Positions 9,233 to 17,571 are shown, counted from the stretch's first letter. The stretch: 45,047 bases of DNA from an uncultured Chthoniobacter sp. (GCA_964516705.1 CAZEYV010000095.1:1-45047); one strand, 5' to 3'. The notes: a model not told the origin generated them from the sequence alone. A program made the numbers and translations.

Positions 9233-10615
9233 ATGGCCGCTTTGCATCGCTCGCTGTGGTTACGGGTTCCGCTCGGATTTCTCGCCCTAGCCGCAGTTGC
9301 TTGGCTGGCGTGGTATGGGCTGGCTTGGTGGCAACTCGACCGGCTCAAGGAGGAAATTCGTGCGAAGGGAATCCCCATGACCGAGGCCGAGGTCCTTCCG
9401 GCGCGGATTCCGGATGAGGAGAATGCGGCCCCTCTTTTGCAGCGCGCGGAAGCCGTCTGGCGAGAGATCAAAAGTCGCGAGGACTTCATTGATGCACGCC
9501 TTCGCTCGCTGGCCCCCGAGTTGGCGCCGGAGAAGTTCGACCGCGAGCGGTTGGCGCAACTGACGGCGCAGATGCAGTGGCCGGAAATGCAGGAGTTTTT
9601 CCGCCTCATGCGTGAGGCCGTCCGGCGTCCGGCCGCGGTGCCCGAGCGGGACTCTTCGAAAGGATACGTCACGGAAACCGGGCTGCTGAACCCGCTATTC
9701 GCGGCCGTGCAGTTCTCGGGTGCCAAAGCTTGGCTGGCCGCGAAAGAGGGCAACCAAAGCGAGGCGGCGGAGGATCAGCTGACCACCGCGCGTCTGGCAT
9801 CGTTCGGTCTGCGGCATGACTTCTTTCTGGGATGGATGATCGGCGTGTCGTTCGAGCAAATGGCAATCGGAGCCGCCCAGTCGGTGATGGCCGAACTACC
9901 AGCCGGTTCTTTCCGGATGCAGGACTGGCAAGCTCTCGCCGATTTATGGGCCCGGCACGCAGCGGAAGCCCGCGCGGATCTTGTCCGCACCATGGATGGC
10001 GAGCGCGTCTTGCTTGGCATGTGGTTCTTCGAGCGAGTCTTGGCCGGTCGCATCTCGCTGATGCAGGAAATCGCGAAAAGCCCCAACGTCATGCCGTCCG
10101 ATGAAGCAGGGCTGGCGCGTTGGATAGGCGGCCTTTACGTGACAGCGCTCGCTCCCCTCATGGTGAGCGACTACGCAGCCTATTTGCGGTTGATGGTCTC
10201 GGTCCGTGAAGCGCTGAGCAACGGCCAGACCGGCAAACCCAGGGAGGAAAGTTTCGTCCGCTCCGTTCCGCGCTGGGCGCTGCTGGCGCGCACCACGGCG
10301 CCTTCCTATGACCGAATGCCCAAACTGCTTGAAGAATACGAGGTGAGCCTTCAACTCGCCCGTCTCGGACTGGCTTTGGAGGACTTCCGGTCGCGCGAAG
10401 GAAAGTATCCGGCTTCGTTGCAGGACCTCGGGCTCCCGGACGAGAGGATCACCGACCCGTTTAGCGGCCGGCCGTTTATTTACCACACGGAAAACAACAA
10501 TGTGCTGGTCTACAGCGTGGGCTTCGACCGCAAGGACGATGGCGGTCTGCATGCTCCGCCCAAGGAGCAGCACGACATTGTGTGGCGGGTGGAGCGGGCG
10601 ACCAAGCCGGCGTAG
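9233..10615 (+). CDS. Membrane-anchored hypothetical protein with a pseudopilin (GspG)-like C-terminal segment
   Basis: 460 aa. One N-terminal TM helix (VPLGFLALAAVAWLAWYGLAWW), a long helical middle region, and the C-terminal pattern DPFSGRPFIYHTENNNVLVYSVGFDRKDDGG..DIVW. It starts 18 nt after the TlpA-like gene. Confidence 0.6.
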   Translation: MAALHRSLWLRVPLGFLALAAVAWLAWYGLAWWQLDRLKEEIRAKGIPMTEAEVLPARIPDEENAAPLLQRAEAVWREIKSREDFIDARLRSLAPELAPEKFDRERLAQLTAQMQWPEMQEFFRLMREAVRRPAAVPERDSSKGYVTETGLLNPLFAAVQFSGAKAWLAAKEGNQSEAAEDQLTTARLASFGLRHDFFLGWMIGVSFEQMAIGAAQSVMAELPAGSFRMQDWQALADLWARHAAEARADLVRTMDGERVLLGMWFFERVLAGRISLMQEIAKSPNVMPSDEAGLARWIGGLYVTALAPLMVSDYAAYLRLMVSVREALSNGQTGKPREESFVRSVPRWALLARTTAPSYDRMPKLLEEYEVSLQLARLGLALEDFRSREGKYPASLQDLGLPDERITDPFSGRPFIYHTENNNVLVYSVGFDRKDDGGLHAPPKEQHDIVWRVERATKPA

Positions 10616-10747
10616 CGAAGAATGCACGAAATGTGCCGATGGGAGACGGGGAGCAAGTCCGTCTTATTCGACATTACAGGGGTGAATGCGTGATTACATT
10701 TCAATTGATCCGGCTCGACGGAGGCTGCCGATTGGCACAATTACGTG

Positions 10748-11072
10748 CTAGCTTCGATTGCCCGGATCTTCTTGCGCGAACTTGCGTTCCTGCCAATAGC
10801 CCGGTTCACGGTGAAGATGCATGACCGCGACGACCGCGATAACATCCGGTCCGATTCGGAACAAGACGCCGAAGGGAAAGGTTTTGGTCAGACAGCGACG
10901 GACATCCCCTTCGACCAGTGGGAAGAGGTCGGGATTGACCTGGATCTTGTTCAAGGTGTCTCGAATAGCCGCGAGGAAGCGTTTGCCAAGGTCTTGCTGC
11001 CGTGATTCGTACCAGAAGTGCTGAGTCCACCATTTCCGCCTCAGCAGCCGGATGGAACCGAACGGGCTTCAT
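10748..11072 (-). pseudogene. RelE/ParE-family toxin gene disrupted by a frameshift
   Basis: The frame starting at ATG 11072 gives MKPVRFHPAAEAEMVDSA and then loses family resemblance. The adjacent frame reads HFWYESRQQDLGKRFLAAIRDTLNKIQVNPDLFPLVEGDVRRCLTKTFPFGVLFRIGPDVIAVVAVMHLHREPGYW through to the stop at 10748. The span is 325 nt (3n+1). The frame junction lies at about 11018-11026. Confidence 0.7.
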
Positions 11073-11293
11073 GCGAGAGCCGTATGAGCTTTGGAGAACA
11101 CATCGGCAGCCTCGCGCAATTCGACCAAGTCATCGTCCACCTCCCGACAGCGTTTCCGCACCTCGTCACGCCAAGCTTGTGACAATTCTTCGCCGGGTGT
11201 GGCATCGAGGCTCTCAATGAGGCGCTCCGCAACGAATGCACGTGCATGGGGGGAAAGAGCAAGAGCCTCTGTGACGATTTTTTCCGCGGTCAT
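11069..11293 (-). CDS. Addiction-module antitoxin component (TIGR02574-like), partner of the RelE/ParE toxin
   Basis: MTAEKIVTEALALSPHARAFVAERLIESLD..WRDEVRKRCREVDDD matches the typical pattern for this small antitoxin family. Its stop overlaps the toxin ATG (ATGA). Start taken at ATG 11293; the tracked ORF extends to 11335. Confidence 0.7.
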   Translation of the reverse strand: MTAEKIVTEALALSPHARAFVAERLIESLDATPGEELSQAWRDEVRKRCREVDDDLVELREAADVFSKAHTALA

Positions 11294-11412
11294 CCTCATA
11301 ATTGCACTAATAGAACCTGTTCTCTTTGTGGTCAATCCGCGGCTTTAACGCCTCAGCTCAGGCGCGGCTCCCCCGAAGGCGGCGACGTAGCACTGGAGCG
11401 CATTGTTGGGTG

Positions 11413-11613
11413 CTACTGCTTCCATAGCTGGCCGGACTTCTCAACGGTGCAGTGGTAACAGGCGCTGCGTTTACCGTCTTTATTATACCAATCATGTTGA
11501 CCGCCAGCGGCCTCGCAGTCCTTCCCTTTCGCAGCGATTCCCAGGCCAATGAGAAACCACGGCAAACGGCTGCGGACTTTGGTGCGCCACCGATAGGGAC
11601 TGGTTGATTTCAT
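11413..11613 (-). CDS. Orphan small ORF (66 aa), basic N-terminus, short hydrophobic segment and Cys/His-rich tail
   Basis: Starts at an ATG preceded by AAGG. Its codons are noticeably A/T-richer than the rest of the window. Contains C-x7-H-x12-C-x2-C (DCEAAGGQHDWYNKDGKRSACYHC). No family recognised, so it may not be a real gene. Confidence 0.25.
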   Translation of the reverse strand: MKSTSPYRWRTKVRSRLPWFLIGLGIAAKGKDCEAAGGQHDWYNKDGKRSACYHCTVEKSGQLWKQ

Positions 11614-11900
11614 CCTTAGCTCTTATTGCGCCCAACGCACAGTATAGGACTGTCCGTTGATATTGGGTTTTACGACTGGTCGCATATTACTTGTAGGGGA
11701 TAGGCGTTTGTCGGGTTATGAGCCGCGTTCAAGCACCTCGGTGGTCATGGGGTGCTGTGCGAATTTTTATTACTGCTGAATTTTGGCAAAGAGAAGGTCG
11801 CTTTTCTTTAATAACGAACAAGCGCGGCTTTGATCCAAGGCAGGCAAGTAGAAGGGCGATGTCCGTCCCGGGTGTGACGGGCGCGTCTGCATAAACATCA

Positions 11901-11927
11901 GCGGACGAGCGGCCGCTCGTCCCTACC
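11901..11927. repeat. Palindromic hairpin element, copy A (GC-GGACGAGCGG/CCGCTCGTCC-CTACC)
   Basis: A perfect 20-bp palindrome at 11903-11922. It shares its flanks (5' GC, 3' CTACC) with copy B at 12542-12569. Confidence 0.55.
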
Positions 11928-11941
11928 TTGAATCTGCGGTT

Positions 11942-11953
11942 GAAACCGGTTTC
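11942..11953. promoter_or_regulatory. Perfect 12-bp palindrome GAAACCGGTTTC, 32 nt upstream of the 11985 start codon (candidate operator)
   Basis: Read directly from the sequence. No cognate regulator is identifiable in the window. Confidence 0.2.
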
Positions 11954-11984
11954 CTTCCCTATTCAGGCCGTGTATTGGTCCGTG

Positions 11985-12503
11985 ATGCAAAGGTTCTTGG
12001 TGCGGGGCTTGGCGGTCTCGGTGGTGGTTGCGGTCTGTCAGGCGGCTGAGGCGGACGGGTTGAGTAGCAAGGTTGCCGAGGTGGATCGTGACAAAGATGG
12101 GCGCCCGGACGTGCGGATGCAGGTTGTTTCGCGGGGCGAGGCGAAGCAGATGATGGTGATGAGCCGCGTGGATGAAAGCGGCGCGTGGAAAGTGACGGCG
12201 AGGTCGTTTTATGTCGGGGCGCACATGGCAGTGACCGAGTCTGACGACGATGGTGACGGGTTTTTCGAGATGGTGGCGGTTTATCGCGAGGATCCGGAGG
12301 ACGTGAATGCGTTTGTGCGTGAGCGGGATGGTTCGGTGCGTCCGGCGGAGGTGAAGGTGGTCGAAGCGCTGCGGAAGCAGAATGCGGTGCTGACCGAGTT
12401 TTGGAGCAAGCCGCAGCGGGATCCGGAGAAAATGGAGGCGGCGATCATGGAGGCGCGGGAGAAGATCAAGGAAATTGGGGAGGAAGCGGAGAAGGGGGAT
12501 TGA
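11985..12503 (+). CDS. Secreted hypothetical protein with two DxDxDG-type (calcium-binding-like) motifs
   Basis: Start taken at ATG 11985. The N-terminus MQRFLVRGLAVSVVVAVCQAAEA looks like a signal peptide. Contains DRDKDGRPD and DDDGDGFFE and an acidic/lysine-rich C-terminus. No family recognised. Confidence 0.55.
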   Translation: MQRFLVRGLAVSVVVAVCQAAEADGLSSKVAEVDRDKDGRPDVRMQVVSRGEAKQMMVMSRVDESGAWKVTARSFYVGAHMAVTESDDDGDGFFEMVAVYREDPEDVNAFVRERDGSVRPAEVKVVEALRKQNAVLTEFWSKPQRDPEKMEAAIMEAREKIKEIGEEAEKGD

Positions 12504-12541
12504 GGCGGACGGGCGGTGCGCTTGTACGAAGGAGGGAAGAA

Positions 12542-12569
12542 GCGGACGGCTGGGCCAGCCGTCCCTACC
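12542..12569. repeat. Palindromic hairpin element, copy B (GC-GGACGGCTGG-g-CCAGCCGTCC-CTACC); possible bidirectional terminator
   Basis: 10-bp arms at 12544-12564, lying between the convergent 3' ends at 12503 (+) and 12604 (-). It has the same flanks as copy A, but the inner stem differs by paired substitutions. No clean U-tract. Confidence 0.5.
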
Positions 12570-12603
12570 GGGGGATATGGCGCCGGGATGGCGTGCTCCA
12601 CCT

Positions 12604-13545
12604 TCAGGCGGCGAGTTGGTCCAAGACGCGGCGCATGGCGTCGAGCGGGGCGGGGCGGTTGAGCCAGATTTCGAGGGAGAGGGCGCCTTGGTGGAGGAGG
12701 AGGGAGAGGCCGTTGGCGGTCCGTGCGCCGGCGTTTTTCGCGTCCTCAAGCAGTCGCGTGACTGCCGGGCGGTAAACCATGTCATAGACCATGAGGTCGG
12801 GGGTGAGGATGGCCGCGGGGATGAGGCGCGGGTCGGTGCGCTTCATGCCGAGGGACGTGGCGTTGATGACGAGGTCGGTGCGGGTGAGTTGCTCGCGCAG
12901 GGCGGATTCCTCCAGCGGGATGACGGTGACGGGATCCTCGGGGCCTTCGAGGCGGTCGGTGTGGAGGAGTTGGGTGGCGCGCTGGGCGATGTCGTGAGCT
13001 TTGTTTTCCGTGCGATTGACCAGCACGAGGCGCGGGCATTTTTCCAAGGCGCATTGCAGCGCGGCGGCGGATCCGGCGCCGCCGCCGGCGCCGAGGACCA
13101 TGACGCGGAGGTCGCGGAGGTCGAAGGAGAAGACTTCGCGGATGGCGCGGACGAGGCCCGGTCCGTCGGTGTTGAAGCCGGCGGTGCGGGTGCCGTCAAA
13201 GAGCAGGGTGTTGACCGCCCCGAGTTGGCGCGCGGTGTCGTCGAGTTCAGTGCAGAGTTTGAGGGCTTCGAATTTGTGGGGAATGGTGAGGTTGAGTCCG
13301 AGGAAATTCGCGCGGCGGGCGGCTTCGACGGCTTCGGCCAAGTGCTCGGGAGGGCACTCGATCTTGGCGTAGCGAACGGCGGAGCCGAGGGCCTCCAGGG
13401 CCGCGTTGTGCATGGCGGGAGACAGCGAGTGCCCGACCGGCGAACCGAGGACGGCAAGACGGACCTCGGGCGGGATCGGGCCGCGGCCGGCGGCGCGGGC
13501 TTCGAGGTCCGCGAGGGTGAAGGTGGTTTGTCCCAGGTCGGTCAT
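12604..13545 (-). CDS. aroE: Shikimate dehydrogenase
   Basis: 313 aa containing LGSPVGHSLSPAMHNAA, GLNLTIPHK, GFNTDG and VLGAGGGAGSAAA. About 25 N-terminal residues are extra, so the true start may lie further downstream. Confidence 0.9.
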   Translation of the reverse strand: MTDLGQTTFTLADLEARAAGRGPIPPEVRLAVLGSPVGHSLSPAMHNAALEALGSAVRYAKIECPPEHLAEAVEAARRANFLGLNLTIPHKFEALKLCTELDDTARQLGAVNTLLFDGTRTAGFNTDGPGLVRAIREVFSFDLRDLRVMVLGAGGGAGSAAALQCALEKCPRLVLVNRTENKAHDIAQRATQLLHTDRLEGPEDPVTVIPLEESALREQLTRTDLVINATSLGMKRTDPRLIPAAILTPDLMVYDMVYRPAVTRLLEDAKNAGARTANGLSLLLHQGALSLEIWLNRPAPLDAMRRVLDQLAA

Positions 13546-13609
13546 GGAACGAAATTAAGCCATGAGCGGGAAGGATGGGAGGGGATATTTGCGGAAGCGG
13601 ACGCCCCGT

Positions 13610-14056
13610 TCAGACAGGCTGCCAGTTTTCGAAGGTGGCGGCCTGCCCGAGGTGGTGCCCGGTATCGTCGAGAAGATTGAAGACGGTGGCGTTGACGATG
13701 CGGAAGCGGCGGCCGGTTTTGCTGATGCGGATGCCGGAGTAGTTCTCGATGAAGCCCTGCCTCTCGACTTCGTCGAGCAGGCGGCGGCGTTCGTCACGGT
13801 GCACGGGTTCGGCGCTGGCGCTCGAGGGTTGGCCGATGAGTTCTTCCCACGCATAACCGAAAAGTTCGAGTGCGGTGCGGTTGGCGTAATTGAAGAGGTG
13901 GTCCGAACCGATGGGACCGAGAGCGGAGAGAACCGCGCGTGGTGCGTTGAACAAGGTCTCTATGGCGCGGGAGGGATCAGATTGATCGACAAGGTCACGG
14001 CCGAAGAGCCGGCGATAGTTGCCGAGAATGAGGTGCGCGGAGTCGGCGGCATTCAT
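13610..14056 (-). CDS. Stand-alone MEKHLA (PAS-like) domain protein
   Basis: 148 aa from ATG 14056, which makes an ATGA overlap with the bioC stop. The segment FNYANRTALELFGYAWEELIGQPS..ENYSGIRISKTGRRFRI is typical of bacterial MEKHLA proteins, recognised by eye. Confidence 0.7.
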   Translation of the reverse strand: MNAADSAHLILGNYRRLFGRDLVDQSDPSRAIETLFNAPRAVLSALGPIGSDHLFNYANRTALELFGYAWEELIGQPSSASAEPVHRDERRRLLDEVERQGFIENYSGIRISKTGRRFRIVNATVFNLLDDTGHHLGQAATFENWQPV

Positions 14057-14781
14057 GAGCGGATCGCCTCCACGCGGAGGAAAGCGAAAGTGGTCTGCAC
14101 GCCATCGTCCTCGCGGTTGGTTTCGTCGTAGCGGCGCAGGACGTGCCGCAAGCGGCCTGCACCGAAGCGGTGCGGGACGACGGTTCCGGCGCGGTGCATT
14201 TCCCGCAGCATGGCGACCGCGCTGGCGTGGCGGCGGGCGAAGGTGCGTGTTTCGGAACGAACGCTCCGCCAACCGGTTTCCTGCAGCAGTCCGATCCACT
14301 CGTCCCCGGTTCGCCACCGGAAAGGAGCGGCGTCCGGGCAGACCGCATAAAAGTTGGCGAGAGTGCCGCGGACGAACCATCCCGAGATGAGCTGCGCACC
14401 GGGTGCAGCGAGGCGGTGCCAGGAACGCAAAGTCTCCCGCGGATCGGGTATCCATTGCATGAGGCTGCAGCTGAAAATCGACCGGTATCCCGGAGGTCCG
14501 GGCGGATGGCTGGCCTCGGCCACCGACCAGGCCACTTCGGGCAGGGCGTTGCGTCCGATTTGAACCATGCCCGGTGCGACGTCGCAGGCCACTAGTCCCC
14601 GCGTGCGCGCCGCGAGGTGGCGGGTGAAAAGGCCGGTGCCGGCGCCGAGTTCGAGGGCTGGGGCGGGGATTTGCTCCGGCAACCAATCGGCGAGCCAGGC
14701 GGCAGCCTCGCGTTGCAGCGCGGCGTGCGAGTCATACTGGGCCGCGCGGCGGTCGAAATCGGGCAGGCCGGACGGCATCAT
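14053..14781 (-). CDS. bioC: Malonyl-[ACP] O-methyltransferase
   Basis: FDRRAAQYDSHAALQREAAAWLADWLP, LELGAGTG, SCSLMQWIPDP and SAVAMLREMHRAG parallel E. coli BioC along the full length. ATGA overlaps at both ends. Confidence 0.8.
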   Translation of the reverse strand: MMPSGLPDFDRRAAQYDSHAALQREAAAWLADWLPEQIPAPALELGAGTGLFTRHLAARTRGLVACDVAPGMVQIGRNALPEVAWSVAEASHPPGPPGYRSIFSCSLMQWIPDPRETLRSWHRLAAPGAQLISGWFVRGTLANFYAVCPDAAPFRWRTGDEWIGLLQETGWRSVRSETRTFARRHASAVAMLREMHRAGTVVPHRFGAGRLRHVLRRYDETNREDDGVQTTFAFLRVEAIRS

Positions 14782-15386
14782 GACGCGTGAATCTGCCGCA
14801 GGCGCGCGAGCTCCGCGAGCAAAGGGTGCATTTGATGACCGGCGTCAACGACGCGCAGTCCGGGGATGCCGCGCGCCAGCAGGCCGGTGTCGAGCAGGGG
14901 GTCGTGTTCGCCGGCGATGGCCAGAGATCCGGCGGGGAGCGTGTCGGCGGCGCGGCCGGGGGCGAGCATTTGTTCCAAGCCCCAGAGGAGCGACGGCCGG
15001 TCGTGATTTTCGTCAGAGGTCGGCGGTTCAGCGCCGATGCGTGCCCGGAAATCGGCCAGGGCGGCGTCCGGGTCGCGCTTGACCCACCGGAGTTGCTGCC
15101 GGAGTTGCGTGGTGGCCACCGCCCCGCCGAGGCCGGCCTCTTTTTTCAGGTCGGCGAAGGGAGCGAGGAGGAAGCGCGGGCGCGGATCTTCGGCGTGGAG
15201 CAAAAGGTGGGCTCCGAAGGAAAATCCGCCGAGAATCCCGGCGGTCGAAGCCAAGGCCGCGGCGAGGGAGCCGGGCTCGGCAGGAATTTCTTGGTGCTCA
15301 AACTCCGGGAGTGCCTCGGCAGCGCACCTGCGGAGTTGCCCGGCGGGCACAGCCCAGCCTGTGATCCAAAGGATGGTCTGACGCAC
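14778..15386 (-). CDS. Alpha/beta hydrolase, candidate pimeloyl-[ACP] methyl ester esterase (BioG/DUF452-like)
   Basis: ILWITGWAVP, the nucleophile elbow GGFSFGAH, ADFRARIG, and a late Asp/His (GEHDPLL, DAGHQM) resemble BioG more than BioH. The start is uncertain. I chose GTG 15386. TTG 15422 is also possible. The tracked start at 15470 would overlap the upstream gene. Confidence 0.55.
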   Translation of the reverse strand: MRQTILWITGWAVPAGQLRRCAAEALPEFEHQEIPAEPGSLAAALASTAGILGGFSFGAHLLLHAEDPRPRFLLAPFADLKKEAGLGGAVATTQLRQQLRWVKRDPDAALADFRARIGAEPPTSDENHDRPSLLWGLEQMLAPGRAADTLPAGSLAIAGEHDPLLDTGLLARGIPGLRVVDAGHQMHPLLAELARLRQIHAS

Positions 15387-15442
15387 GTCTGTAAGCCGCG
15401 TTGGTTCAAACCGGCGCGGCAAGCTCGCGGAGCGGGCGGCGT

Positions 15443-15817
15443 TTAGTAACCCCAGTAGCCCCAGCCCCACATGCCGGGCATGGAAGCCATCTGGGCGGCC
15501 ATGAGGTTCTGGTCGGAGATTTGCTGCTGGACCATGAGGTTCTGGTAGCGGTCGTAGGCGGCTTGATTCCCGATGTAGGCGAAGTTGCCTTGCGCGTCGG
15601 GGTAAACGTAGAGCACCTGGCCGCTGCGGAACTGGCGCGAAATGACGTAGGGTTTGAGCTGGGCCAGCGAGGCCTGGCGTTCCGGCGTGTCAGCCGGGAC
15701 GACGTTGAAGCCGGACGCAGCCAGCATTTGCTCGGTGCCGCCGCGTTCGGCTTTTTCGATGGCGGCGCAGCCGGTCAACAGAGCGGCGGCCACGGCGAGG
15801 GGCAGAAATGATTTCAT
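15443..15817 (-). CDS. Lipoprotein of unknown function with aromatic/glycine C-terminal tail
   Basis: ATG 15817 gives MKSFLPLAVAAALLTGC with a lipobox (LTGC). The protein ends MASMPGMWGWGYWGY. Confidence 0.65.
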   Translation of the reverse strand: MKSFLPLAVAAALLTGCAAIEKAERGGTEQMLAASGFNVVPADTPERQASLAQLKPYVISRQFRSGQVLYVYPDAQGNFAYIGNQAAYDRYQNLMVQQQISDQNLMAAQMASMPGMWGWGYWGY

Positions 15818-15915
15818 CAACGCCCAATTTGGACCAGCAGGCTGGAGGCGCAAGTCCAAACCGCGGGATTTAGGGTTTCACCTCGCGCCTCATCTCTGAT
15901 TCCTTGTCGCGCACC

Positions 15916-17544
15916 ATGAGCACACAGGCCCTCACGAAAACTCCCGCTTGGAAAGCGCTGCAAAAGCACCACACCGAAGTCGGGGGGCTTCATCTGAGGG
16001 AGCTTTTCGCCGCCGATCCGGAGCGGGGCCGCACATTCGCCGCCGAGGCCTGCGGCTTGTATCTGGATTATTCCAAAAACCGCGTCACGGACCAGACCAT
16101 GCGGTTGTTGCTGGGGTTGGCCGAGGAGCGCGGGTTGCGCGGGCGGATCGACGCCATGTTCCGCGGCGACAAGATCAACCAAACGGAGAGCCGCGCCGTG
16201 CTCCACGTGGCGCTACGGGCGCCCCGCGGAACCGCAATCATGGTTGACGGCGAAGACGTGGTGCCCGGCGTGCATGAGGTGCTGGACAAAATGGCGTCCT
16301 TCGCCGATCGCGTCCGCTCCGGTGCCTGGCTCGGTCACACCGGTCGCCGCATCCGCAACGTGATCAACATCGGCATCGGCGGATCGGACCTCGGTCCGGT
16401 CATGGCCTACGAGGCGCTGAAGTTCTACAGCGACCGCGCGCTGCGCTGTGAATTTGTCTCCAACGTGGACAGCGACGACTTCGCCGAGACGGTGCGGGGT
16501 CTCGATCCTGCGGAGACGCTTTTCATCATTTCGTCGAAGACCTTCACCACGCTGGAGACCATGACCAACGCGCACACCGCGCGGGAGTGGGTGCTGCGCG
16601 GTCTCGGCGGCGACGAGACGGCGGTCGCGAAGCATTTCGTGGCGGTGTCGACCAACGCGGATAAAGTCCGCGCGTTCGGCATCGACACGGCCAACATGTT
16701 CGGTTTCTGGGACTGGGTGGGCGGGCGTTATTCGATGGACTCGGCCATCGGGCTGTCGACCATGGTGGCCGTCGGACCGCAAAATTTCCGCGCTCTCCTC
16801 GCGGGTTTCCACGAGATGGACGAGCACTTCCGCACGGCGCCGTTCGGGGAGAACTTGCCGGTCCTGATGGGGTTGCTCGCGGTCTGGTATGCGGACTTTT
16901 TCGACGCGCAGACGGCGGCGGTGCTTCCCTACGAGCAATATTTGAAGCGGTTTCCGGCGTATCTGCAGCAGTTGACCATGGAGAGCAACGGCAAGAGCGT
17001 CACGCTCGACGGGCAGATGGTCGATTACAACACGGGCGCGGTCTATTGGGGCGAGCCGGGCACCAACGGACAACACTCCTTCTACCAGCTCATCCATCAG
17101 GGGACGCACCTCATCCCGTGCGATTTCATCGGGTTCGCCCGCACGCTCAATCCCATCGGGCGCCACCACGACATCCTCATGGCCAACATGTTCGCCCAGG
17201 CCGAGGCGCTCGCGTTCGGCAAAACGGCGGAGGAGGTGCGCGCGGAGGGCACAGCGGACGCGCTGGTGCCGCACCGGGTGTTCGCGGGGAACCGTCCGTC
17301 GAACACCCTCCTGGCCGAGGTGATCGCCCCGGCCACGCTGGGCAAGCTGGTCGCGCTTTACGAGCACAGCGTTTTCACCCAGGGGGTGCTCTGGAACATC
17401 AACTCGTTCGACCAATGGGGCGTCGAACTCGGCAAGGTGCTGGCGCAGCGGATTGTTCCCGAACTGGAGAGCAAAGACGCGCCGGACTTGCAGCACGACA
17501 GTTCGACCAATGCCTTGATCCGCCGCTACCGCGCGCAGCGTTGA
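15916..17544 (+). CDS. pgi: Glucose-6-phosphate isomerase
   Basis: 542 aa from ATG 15916 (the tracked start at 15904 is TTG). The PGI family is recognisable throughout, for example [21 protein letters not shown] and GVELGK. Confidence 0.95.
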   Translation: MSTQALTKTPAWKALQKHHTEVGGLHLRELFAADPERGRTFAAEACGLYLDYSKNRVTDQTMRLLLGLAEERGLRGRIDAMFRGDKINQTESRAVLHVALRAPRGTAIMVDGEDVVPGVHEVLDKMASFADRVRSGAWLGHTGRRIRNVINIGIGGSDLGPVMAYEALKFYSDRALRCEFVSNVDSDDFAETVRGLDPAETLFIISSKTFTTLETMTNAHTAREWVLRGLGGDETAVAKHFVAVSTNADKVRAFGIDTANMFGFWDWVGGRYSMDSAIGLSTMVAVGPQNFRALLAGFHEMDEHFRTAPFGENLPVLMGLLAVWYADFFDAQTAAVLPYEQYLKRFPAYLQQLTMESNGKSVTLDGQMVDYNTGAVYWGEPGTNGQHSFYQLIHQGTHLIPCDFIGFARTLNPIGRHHDILMANMFAQAEALAFGKTAEEVRAEGTADALVPHRVFAGNRPSNTLLAEVIAPATLGKLVALYEHSVFTQGVLWNINSFDQWGVELGKVLAQRIVPELESKDAPDLQHDSSTNALIRRYRAQR

Positions 17545-17571
17545 GTGCGGCGGGGTCGCGGGGCGCCGCGG

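Noticed and set aside
11891-12575. Idea that the hairpin-ORF-hairpin unit is an integron gene cassette with attC sites
   Set aside because: I can find no RYYYAAC/GTTRRRY core sites flanking the palindromes. There is no integrase or cassette array nearby, and the hairpins are much shorter than typical attC sites.
15387-15470. Longest-ORF start (15470) for the bioG-like esterase
   Set aside because: It would overlap the upstream lipoprotein gene by 28 nt and add a non-homologous leader. Internal GTG 15386 or TTG 15422 fit the esterase family N-terminus better.
16213-17496. 427-aa minus-strand ORF inside pgi
   Set aside because: A shadow ORF opposite a clear glucose-6-phosphate isomerase gene.
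17545-17571. GC-rich stem GCGGCG/CGCCGC between the convergent pgi and ptsH as a bidirectional terminator
   Set aside because: It has only 6 bp with an 11-nt loop and no U-tract on either strand, which is too weak to annotate.
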